Shown one piece after another: positions 57,322 through 64,000 of a stretch of 64,000 nucleotides of DNA (position 1 is its first letter; each line of letters opens with the position of its first letter). Source of the stretch: Terricaulis sp. (GTDB lineage: Bacteria; Pseudomonadota; Alphaproteobacteria; Caulobacterales; Aquidulcibacteraceae); the NCBI GenBank assembly GCA_040080225.1, contig JBEBIU010000001.1, positions 4,978-68,977 on the forward strand, in the 5' to 3' direction. The position numbers and the translations under genes are program-made. The notes beneath the pieces are model-generated. The model did no database searches and was not told the origin of the DNA. It saw only the letters and a program-made list of their open reading frames with translations.

Positions 57322-57330
57322 GCCACTGCA

Positions 57331-57849
57331 ATGCCCGAGATCATCATCATCGCTGGCCCCAATGGCGCGGGAAAGACGAGTTTCGCAAACAAGTTCCTCC
57401 CGTTCGCACCCGATCTTGCCTACGTCAACGCCGACGAGATCGCCCGCGAATTGATAGACACCGTGCTGAGTTCTGCCCAGCGCGATATTCGCGCCGGCCG
57501 GCTGATGCTCGAACGGATCGATGCGCTGATTCAGGCTCGCGCTGAGTTGATGTTCGAAACAACGCTCGCGACGCTAACCTACGCGGCGCGTATCCCCGCT
57601 TGGCGCGCGCTCGGCTACCATGTCACGCTCGCCTATCTTCGGCTGCCCAACGTCGAAGCTTCGATTGGCCGCGTTGCTCGCCGCGTCGCCGCCGGCGGTC
57701 ACGATATTCCCGAACCGATCATCCGCCGGCGCTTCACCCGCAGCCTCGAATGCCTCGAGACGCGCTACAAACCGATAGTGGATGAATGGTACATTTATGA
57801 TAGTCTCGAAGGCGACTTCCGCTTGGCGGAATCCGGAAAAGCCCCATGA
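57331..57849 (+). CDS. zeta-toxin-like / COG4185 P-loop (predicted kinase) protein
   Basis: MPEIIIIAGPNGAGKTSFANKFLP...YVNADEIAREL...FETTLA...GYHVTLAYLRLP...RVAAGGHDIPEPIIRRRF. Walker A and overall pattern match the zeta/AAA_33-like family. Confidence 0.75.
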   Translation: MPEIIIIAGPNGAGKTSFANKFLPFAPDLAYVNADEIARELIDTVLSSAQRDIRAGRLMLERIDALIQARAELMFETTLATLTYAARIPAWRALGYHVTLAYLRLPNVEASIGRVARRVAAGGHDIPEPIIRRRFTRSLECLETRYKPIVDEWYIYDSLEGDFRLAESGKAP

Positions 57850-57998
57850 GCAAGAAGTTCGACCTCGAGAAAGTGAACGCCGCACTCAAACAAGCGGCGA
57901 AGACGGCGATTTCCGGCACGGCCCTTGAGCGCTCCGGCAGGCTGTTGGCGAGCGCGGGGACAGCGAACACTCGAACGAAACCGCCAAAGCGGGCGTGA
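57846..57998 (+). CDS. possible 50-aa basic micro-protein coupled to the P-loop gene
   Basis: Own translation: MSKKFDLEKVNAALKQAAKTAISGTALERSGRLLASAGTANTRTKPPKRA-TGA. ATGA overlap with the preceding stop. Too short for the ORF track. Confidence 0.4.
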   Translation: MSKKFDLEKVNAALKQAAKTAISGTALERSGRLLASAGTANTRTKPPKRA

Positions 57999-58086
57999 CG
58001 CACCATCGGTGCACGGTCCCAGCGACCATCCAGATTTCGCCGCAAACGGCGTCCATAGCCGCGCCGTCAGCGGAAGGAGCCTCCCC

Positions 58087-58464
58087 ATGCGTGCACTTGT
58101 GCTTGCGTCATGCCTTGCCTGCCTCGCGGCGCCCGCCCTTGCCCAATCCGGCGCGGAATCGGCGCAACAGGGCGCGGATTCGGTCGAGAGCGGCGCCAGC
58201 GCTGCCGTCGGTGGCTCGGCGATGATCGCCAGCGGCGCGGCGGCGCCTGGCGCGGTGTCGATCGCGCTCGGCGGCGGCAGCATTGCCGTCGGCTCAACCG
58301 CTATCGCGGGCGGCGCCAGTTCGAATGCGGCGGAAGCTTCGGGCAATGGCGCCTCCGCCGCCATCGACGCGTTGTTCTCGCAGCCAATGGTCGTGACGCA
58401 AACCACCATTGTCGCTCAGCCCGAGCCGAATGTGCCATACGAAGCGCAAACCGAGCGCCGCTGA
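58087..58464 (+). CDS. secreted Ala/Gly/Ser-rich low-complexity protein
   Basis: GGAAGGAG RBS, signal peptide MRALVLASCLACLAAPALAQ, then repetitive SGAxSAxxGA tracts. Confidence 0.6.
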   Translation: MRALVLASCLACLAAPALAQSGAESAQQGADSVESGASAAVGGSAMIASGAAAPGAVSIALGGGSIAVGSTAIAGGASSNAAEASGNGASAAIDALFSQPMVVTQTTIVAQPEPNVPYEAQTERR

Positions 58465-59318
58465 TGCGCCGGCGCAGTTTCCTGCTCGCAGGCGCCGCCG
58501 CGTCCATCGCCGGCCCGGCAATGGCGCAGTCTAGCGGAGGACGGCAGGGCGATTCCGCAGCGGTCGATTCTGGCTTTTCCAGCCGCGCGCCCAACGCGCA
58601 TCTCACGCCCGAAGAAGCGCTCGCCTTCGCCAAGCAGGTCGAGAACGACCTCGCCGCGCGCCAAGCCCGGCTCGCGCTGGTGTTCCGCACCGGGCGACCG
58701 CGTTCGGCGTTGCCGGAAGGGATTTCCTACACCCACGGCGCGTTCTGGGCCTATGTGCCGATCACTACCGCCGCGGGCGAACAAGTGCACGGCTACGCCG
58801 TTTACAACGAATATTCCGGCGATGGCGTTACGGTGCCGCGCACGAGTTCCTACCTGCACCAAGATTTCCCGCTCGACTTCATCCGCGCCAGCGCCGTCGA
58901 TGACGTGGCGATCATCATCCCCTCGCCGGAAATGCAGCGCCGCATCCTCCACATCATGGCTTCGCCGACTTACGAGCAGCTGCATATCCAGAGTTACTCT
59001 TTGGTCGCGAATCCGCTCGATGCGCGTCACCAGAATTGCAACGAATTCATGCTCGACGTGATCGGCTCGGCAGCGTGGGAAACCAGCGACTATAATCAGA
59101 TCAAAGCCAATCTGCGTCGACATTTCCGGCCCACGCGCGTGCGTGCGGGCCTGTTCGAGCGCTTGCTGGGACCGATCGCCGACGAGCGGCTGAGGATGGA
59201 CGACCAGTCCGGGAGGATCGTCACGGCAACGTACGAATCCATGGCTGTATTCATGCAAGAAAACGGGCTTGGGCAGGAAAGCTATGTTTTGCAACGCGCC
59301 GTCGCGCCGGCTGCGTAA
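58464..59318 (+). CDS. secreted conserved hypothetical protein (possibly DUF2145-like)
   Basis: Tat/Sec-like MRRRSFLLAGAAASIAGPAMAQ. ATGA overlap with the preceding gene. Family name is a weak recollection. Confidence 0.65.
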   Translation: MRRRSFLLAGAAASIAGPAMAQSSGGRQGDSAAVDSGFSSRAPNAHLTPEEALAFAKQVENDLAARQARLALVFRTGRPRSALPEGISYTHGAFWAYVPITTAAGEQVHGYAVYNEYSGDGVTVPRTSSYLHQDFPLDFIRASAVDDVAIIIPSPEMQRRILHIMASPTYEQLHIQSYSLVANPLDARHQNCNEFMLDVIGSAAWETSDYNQIKANLRRHFRPTRVRAGLFERLLGPIADERLRMDDQSGRIVTATYESMAVFMQENGLGQESYVLQRAVAPAA

Positions 59319-59427
59319 GAATCCGAGCGCCGCCGCGGCCCTGCTGCACCTTACTGCCTCGAAACAAGCATTGTCCGCATCCCGCTGCTAGAGTCCCGCT
59401 ACAGCCAGCAAGAAACCAAGGAAACGC

Positions 59428-59796
59428 ATGAGCATCGAACTCTCGAAAATCGTTGAAGCTCTCGGCGAGGAAGCGCTCGGCAAGGCCGGCGAGCCCGCAG
59501 GGCTCGACAAGGAGCAATCCATGCGCGTCGCCAAGGCGCTTGCCGCGCATTCCGGGCTTGGTGGCGAAAAGATGCTCGCCGCTGTCGCCGCCGACACCGG
59601 GCTCACCGAAGACGTGATCGGCGCGGTGTCGAAGCGCTTGGTGGAGATCGGCGCCGAGAAGCTGATGAAAGACACCCCCATCGGCGCCGCCGTCGATAGC
59701 ATGAAAGACAGCGCCATGGCCGCGTTGACCGGCGCGGGCGGCGATGTCGGCAAGCAAGCCGGCGGCTTCCTCAAGGGCCTGTTCGGCAAGAAATAG
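59428..59796 (+). CDS. hypothetical Ala/Gly-rich soluble protein
   Basis: MSIELSKIVEALGEEALGKAGEPAGLDKEQS...GGFLKGLFGKK. No family recognised. Confidence 0.55.
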   Translation: MSIELSKIVEALGEEALGKAGEPAGLDKEQSMRVAKALAAHSGLGGEKMLAAVAADTGLTEDVIGAVSKRLVEIGAEKLMKDTPIGAAVDSMKDSAMAALTGAGGDVGKQAGGFLKGLFGKK

Positions 59797-59814
59797 AAGC
59801 GAGCAATGGCGCGG

Positions 59815-59846
59815 GATCGGCGCGCGTGCTAGGCCGCGCGCCGATC
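59815..59846. terminator. perfect 12-bp GC hairpin ending 4 nt before the tyrS ATG
   Basis: gatcggcgcgcg-tgctaggc-cgcgcgccgatc. It could terminate the upstream gene and/or occlude tyrS translation initiation. Confidence 0.45.
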
Positions 59847-59850
59847 AGCC

Positions 59851-61149
59851 ATGGCCGAACCCTTACGCTCCGATTTCCTCCGCGCCGTCACCGAGCGCGG
59901 CCAGTTCCACCAATGCACCGACCTCGAAGGGTTGGACAAAGCCGCCCTCGCCGGCGTCACCGGCTATATCGGCTTCGACATGACCGCGCCCTCGCTGCAC
60001 GTCGGCAATCTGACGCAAATCATGTTCCTGCGCCGGCTGCAGCAGGCCGGCGGCAAGCCGATCGTCTTGCTCGGCGGGGGCACCACGCGCGTTGGCGATC
60101 CTTCCGGCAAGGAGGAGATGCGCCAGCTCTTGAGCGAAGAGCAGATCGCAAAGAACGCCGCCTCCATTCGCGGCTGCTTCGAAAAATTCCTGCGCTTCGG
60201 CGCGGGCAAGTCCGACGCAATCATGGTCGATAATTCCGAGTGGCTCTTGAAGCTCAATTACATCGACTTCCTGCGCGATGTCGGCCGGCACATGTCGGTC
60301 AACCGCATGCTGACCATGGATTCGGTGAAACTGCGGCTCGAACGCGAGCAGCCGATGAGCTTCATCGAGTTCAATTACATGGTGCTGCAAGCGTACGATT
60401 TCGTCGAACTGCATCGCCGCTATGGCTGCCGCCTGCAAATGGGCGGCTCCGATCAATGGGGCAATATCGTCAACGGCGTCGATCTTGGCCGGCGTATGGA
60501 CAGCGCTGAACTCTTTGGACTCACACAGCCGCTGATCACGACTGCCTCCGGCGCGAAGATGGGCAAGACCGCCCAAGGCGCGGTCTGGCTCAACGCCGAT
60601 ATGCTCTCCCCGTACGAATACTGGCAATATTGGCGCAATTCCGAAGATGCGGACGTTGGCCGCTTCCTGAAAGTATTCACCGATCTGCCGCTCCACGAAA
60701 TCGCGCGCCTCGAAGCGCTGCAAGGCGCGGAGATCAACGATGCCAAGAAGGTCCTCGCCACAGAAGCGACAGCGCTGCTGCACGGGCGAAATGAGGCCAA
60801 CGAAGCCGCTGCCACCGCCGACAAGTTATTCGGCGCAGGTCGTGTCTTGGACACCGCCATGACCGCCGCCCAAGGCTCGACGATGTCTGCCGCGCTTGAG
60901 GCGCTTCCAACTTTCCCCGTCACCCAAGCCGAACTCGCCGCCGGCCTGCGCGTCGCCGCCGCCTTCGTGCGCGCGGGGCTGGCGGCGTCGAACGGCGAAG
61001 CCAAGCGCGCGATCGCGGCGGGCTCGATCAAGGTGAACGATGCTACGATCGGCGACGAGAACGCCGCGCTCTCGCCGGCCGATCTCCGCGACGGCGCGAT
61101 CAAGATCTCCCTCGGCAAGAAGAAGCACGCGCTGCTGCGGGTGAGTTGA
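59851..61149 (+). CDS. tyrS: tyrosine--tRNA ligase
   Basis: [14 protein letters not shown] (HIGH-type), KMGKT (KMSKS-type), and a C-terminal S4-like domain. Confidence 0.93.
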   Translation: MAEPLRSDFLRAVTERGQFHQCTDLEGLDKAALAGVTGYIGFDMTAPSLHVGNLTQIMFLRRLQQAGGKPIVLLGGGTTRVGDPSGKEEMRQLLSEEQIAKNAASIRGCFEKFLRFGAGKSDAIMVDNSEWLLKLNYIDFLRDVGRHMSVNRMLTMDSVKLRLEREQPMSFIEFNYMVLQAYDFVELHRRYGCRLQMGGSDQWGNIVNGVDLGRRMDSAELFGLTQPLITTASGAKMGKTAQGAVWLNADMLSPYEYWQYWRNSEDADVGRFLKVFTDLPLHEIARLEALQGAEINDAKKVLATEATALLHGRNEANEAAATADKLFGAGRVLDTAMTAAQGSTMSAALEALPTFPVTQAELAAGLRVAAAFVRAGLAASNGEAKRAIAAGSIKVNDATIGDENAALSPADLRDGAIKISLGKKKHALLRVS

Positions 61150-61174
61150 CGCCGATTCGAGCGGATCGCAGACC

Positions 61175-61332
61175 CCACCTCCCCCTCGATGGGGGAGGTG
61201 GCCGCGAAGCGGCCGGAGGGGGTGCGCGCGTTGCGGGTGAAGGCGAAGCCTCCGGAGGCTCCTCTTCAAGCGCGGTGGGCCTCACCCCCTCAGTCGCGCT
61301 CACGCGCGACAGCTCCCCCATCGGGGGGGAGC
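61175..61332. repeat. cluster of GC-rich REP-like hairpins
   Basis: ccacctccccc-tcgat-gggggaggtgg (61175-61201), gtcgcgc-tcac-gcgcgac (61293-61310), gctccccc-atc..gggggagc (61312-61332). Confidence 0.6.
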
Positions 61333-61408
61333 GGGCGCCTGTTTGATTCCGCTCGGCTTGAACGTGCTCTAGGGCCGCGCGCTCCCTCCTCCAAGCAGCC
61401 GGCTTTTC

Positions 61409-64000
61409 TCACCCCGGCGCAGCACTCGGCTGCGCAATCACCGGCGGCGCTGCGCGCGGCGGCAGCGGTTCGAAAATGCGGCGCAAAATGCCAGGCGTTA
61501 GCGCCGAGAGCGGATTGACGCCTACGCGCGGTTCGCCCACCCGGCCGTTGATAGAATAGGTCATGCCAACGACGCCCTCGCCGCGGCGCGAAACCAGAAT
61601 ATTGCCGATCACTGGAATCTCGCCCAGCATGGAGAGGTTGAGCATCGGCGACGGCGCCACCACGCCGTCGATGTCGAGATCGTCTTGGCCAATGTCGTAA
61701 GCGCCTGATGCGGTCAATCCAAGGGAAGGTCCGCGCATCGAGCCTTCGGCGAAGGCAAGGCGGTTGTCGGCATAGGTCATTTGCGCCTCCATCACCGAAA
61801 ACCCGATGCCGTCGCCGTTGAGCATCTCGACCAAGCCGGTCAGCGAGCCCGCCGACGACAGCAAACGCGCCATCGCCGGCAAGCGCACAAGTTGGAAATT
61901 GTGCATCGTCACGGCGAACCGCCCCTGTCCGGCGCGCCATTCTCCGCTGGCGCTAGCGTCGCCGCCGACCAGGTTCTCGGAGCCCGTAAGCGCACGCACA
62001 GCAAATCCCGCGTCGCCTGAACGAAACACGATGCGCCCATCCGGTTCGCCTGGGCGCGGGCCGAGGCTGAGCGTGAACGGCGCCCCGGTGGGAGACTCGC
62101 CGTCGGCCGTGAGAAAGGACAAGACGCCGCGCGTGGTCTCCATGGAAACCCGCGCATTCGAAAGCGTGGCGCCGCCGCGCAATTTGAGACGATCGACGTT
62201 TACCCTAGCCCGCAACGGCGCAGGGACTGGCGCTGAAGTATTGCGCGCGCCCTCCTCGGGCGCCTCGCTTGCGCCCATGAAGGGAGCGGCGTCAAACAGC
62301 GCGCCATCGATCGTCGCCACCAAGGCGCCGTCACTCGCACGCGACATGCTCAAACGAGCATCCGAGCGGCCTTGAACGGTGAGGCGTGGAATTTCGGCTT
62401 CGATCACACTGCCATCGCGGGCGAGTGCGACGCGGCCTTGAGCGAACATGCCGCCGCCGCGCGCGTCGATACCGTCAAACACGAAGCCCCCATCGCTGCG
62501 CCGCGCGACATTGAAGCGAGCCGATGCAGGCTGGTTCGCACGCTTTGTCCAGAACGAGCGGGGCGCCTCTATCGCAGCGTCGGTCAAATCGAGATCGACC
62601 TGCGCTTGATCGACATCGAAGCCACGTCCTCGCCCGGAAACCTGTACGCCTATGCGCCCCTGTGCATAGCCAGCGATCGGATAGCCGAGGCGGGTGAGAT
62701 CGTTGGCGTCGAATACGCCTGTTATTCGGTATTCCGACGAAGGCTGCCCACGCACACGCAGCCGCTCGGTCCAGCGCACCTCGGCGATCTCGGATCGCCC
62801 CGCGATGACGGGACCAGAAACAACGATGGCGTTGTGATCGCCCTCGATGCGCAGCTGCCCCTGCGACAGCGCCACACGCCGCATGGTCATGGCGCCGGCG
62901 AAATCCCGAACGCCGCCACGCACCGAAAAGCGCCATCGCTCGGGCGGGACCTCGCGCAGGTTGGGACGCTGCAACCGCAGATCAACGTTCGCCCGACCCG
63001 TTGCGGAAGCGGGGTCCACCGGCAAGCGCTCACCGAGACTGAGCGGCGCCTGCGCCAATATCTCCAGCAAATCGCGCACATCGCCCTCGGCATGGGCGGA
63101 GATCGTCGTCATTGCGCCGGCGGGCTTGAAGCGGGGTATTTCCACCCGCCCGTTACTCAGCACGAGGTCGTTTAACCTTGCCTCCGGCACACTCATCTCG
63201 AAGCGGTTACCCCGTAAAACCGCGGCGCCTCGCCCCGCCGCAATCGGCGACATGGTGTCCACGAACCGCATTTCCGCGGCTTCGACGCCAAAGCGCACAT
63301 CCACGGCCTCGTCGCGCAAAACCCCCGCCGCCTGGTCCGACGGGCGGATGTCGAGGTTAAAGCGGCCGTTCACGACGCGCCCGCCGACCAAGCTGCGGTC
63401 GAGATACTCGCGCGCGCCCTCGCCTAGGCCGATCGGCCACATTTGTACAACTTGGCGCACCTCCAGCGCGCCCTCTATTTGACCCCGGAATTGCACCCCC
63501 ATGTGGGTGCGCCGATCGCTCCCTGCCTCCGCCCAATAGAACCGCCCAGCCCCTTCCACCCTGGCAGCACTTGCGCGAGCGCTCACCCGGGTCAGCACAA
63601 TCGCGCGCTCGGCCGACAATATGGCGCCTGTCGCCTCCACGTCCGACAGCGAAATAGGTTGGGCGAAGGTGCCCGGCACATCGAGCGTGAGCGAGGGCAG
63701 CGCTATGTTGAAGGACGCGGGCTCGCCCGGGCGCGCGTTAAGCACAGCGCGTAGATCGCGCACGCGTACAACGCCGTCAATGCGCGTGCGCGCCCCGTTG
63801 AGACGCAAGCGATCAAAGATCAACTCATCCTTGGCGATATCGTAGCGCCCGTGCAATTGGCCGCCGGATAGGTCGAAACGTCCGCCCGCCATGTCGGCGG
63901 CGCCGCGCCCAATGGCGGCGTTGCCTTCGAAACGGGTGACGCCGCGCTCGCGGTCGAGCCCAATGGATACGGTGGCGGTCAACGGCGCATCGAGGCCTGC
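61409..64000 (-). CDS. YhdP/AsmA-like (DUF3971) giant envelope protein, partial (N-terminus beyond the window)
   Basis: Open frame continues past 63982 to base 64000 without a stop. Repetitive beta-rich sequence. C-terminus ...MTYSINGRVGEPRVGVNPLSALTPGILRRIFE, as in the YhdP/AsmA family. Confidence 0.65.
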   Translation of the reverse strand, partial: AGLDAPLTATVSIGLDRERGVTRFEGNAAIGRGAADMAGGRFDLSGGQLHGRYDIAKDELIFDRLRLNGARTRIDGVVRVRDLRAVLNARPGEPASFNIALPSLTLDVPGTFAQPISLSDVEATGAILSAERAIVLTRVSARASAARVEGAGRFYWAEAGSDRRTHMGVQFRGQIEGALEVRQVVQMWPIGLGEGAREYLDRSLVGGRVVNGRFNLDIRPSDQAAGVLRDEAVDVRFGVEAAEMRFVDTMSPIAAGRGAAVLRGNRFEMSVPEARLNDLVLSNGRVEIPRFKPAGAMTTISAHAEGDVRDLLEILAQAPLSLGERLPVDPASATGRANVDLRLQRPNLREVPPERWRFSVRGGVRDFAGAMTMRRVALSQGQLRIEGDHNAIVVSGPVIAGRSEIAEVRWTERLRVRGQPSSEYRITGVFDANDLTRLGYPIAGYAQGRIGVQVSGRGRGFDVDQAQVDLDLTDAAIEAPRSFWTKRANQPASARFNVARRSDGGFVFDGIDARGGGMFAQGRVALARDGSVIEAEIPRLTVQGRSDARLSMSRASDGALVATIDGALFDAAPFMGASEAPEEGARNTSAPVPAPLRARVNVDRLKLRGGATLSNARVSMETTRGVLSFLTADGESPTGAPFTLSLGPRPGEPDGRIVFRSGDAGFAVRALTGSENLVGGDASASGEWRAGQGRFAVTMHNFQLVRLPAMARLLSSAGSLTGLVEMLNGDGIGFSVMEAQMTYADNRLAFAEGSMRGPSLGLTASGAYDIGQDDLDIDGVVAPSPMLNLSMLGEIPVIGNILVSRRGEGVVGMTYSINGRVGEPRVGVNPLSALTPGILRRIFEPLPPRAAPPVIAQPSAAPG

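Noticed and set aside
58416-59294. 292-aa minus-strand ORF
   Set aside because: Antisense to the secreted conserved hypothetical (58464-59318), which has a proper leader peptide and start-stop coupling.
59863-60783. 306-aa minus-strand ORF
   Set aside because: Antisense to tyrS.
1-64000. Search for rRNA, tRNA, tmRNA, RNase P, SRP RNA, CRISPR arrays, transposases/IS elements and prophage genes
   Set aside because: I noticed none of the conserved cores I know (GGTTCGAATCC-type T-arms, RNase P GAGGAAAGTCCGG, SRP GGAAGCAGCC), no regularly spaced direct repeats, and no transposase or integrase ORFs. This was done by eye only, and tRNAscan/Infernal would be decisive.

Overview
High-GC (roughly mid-60s % by eye, not computed) chromosomal segment. 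It looks alphaproteobacterial: DUF1476/zeta-inhibitor next to purC, HdaA, RegB/RegA, FixLJ-FixK, and many GTGA/ATGA stop-start overlaps. I can support about 70 protein-coding genes. I saw no rRNA, tRNA, CRISPR array, transposase or integrase. Layout: (1) 1-20 kb holds scattered purine genes (purC-purS, purQ, purM) interrupted by non-pur genes, plus sppA, rnd, a TonB-dependent receptor, ppk-ppx and a frameshifted hdaA. (2) 20-28 kb holds GST, a nucleoside transporter, a DUF2339 membrane protein, ada/alkA-ogt and dusA. (3) 28.3-30.4 kb is a small accessory islet: a TIR-domain/single-TM protein translationally coupled to a secreted paralogue of its own periplasmic domain. This is my best candidate for an undescribed system. 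(4) 31-49 kb holds two acyl-CoA dehydrogenases, FixLJ/FixK, the NAD-dependent formate dehydrogenase operon fdsGBA-fdhD-fdsD, and an almost complete molybdenum-cofactor set (mobA, moaA, moaD, TauE-like permease, moaE, moaB, moaC, moeA). (5) 49-64 kb holds guaA, phaZ, senC, regB/regA, a second lower-GC islet (Cys-rich protein + zeta-toxin-like P-loop protein + 50-aa micro-ORF), tyrS and a partial YhdP/AsmA-like giant protein. A family of ~100-115 bp palindromic MITE/REP-like elements with CCCATCCCCGG termini sits inside the fds and moa operons. All calls come from reading the sequence and ORF translations by eye. Family names are recollections of motifs, not database hits, and start codons are chosen by context.
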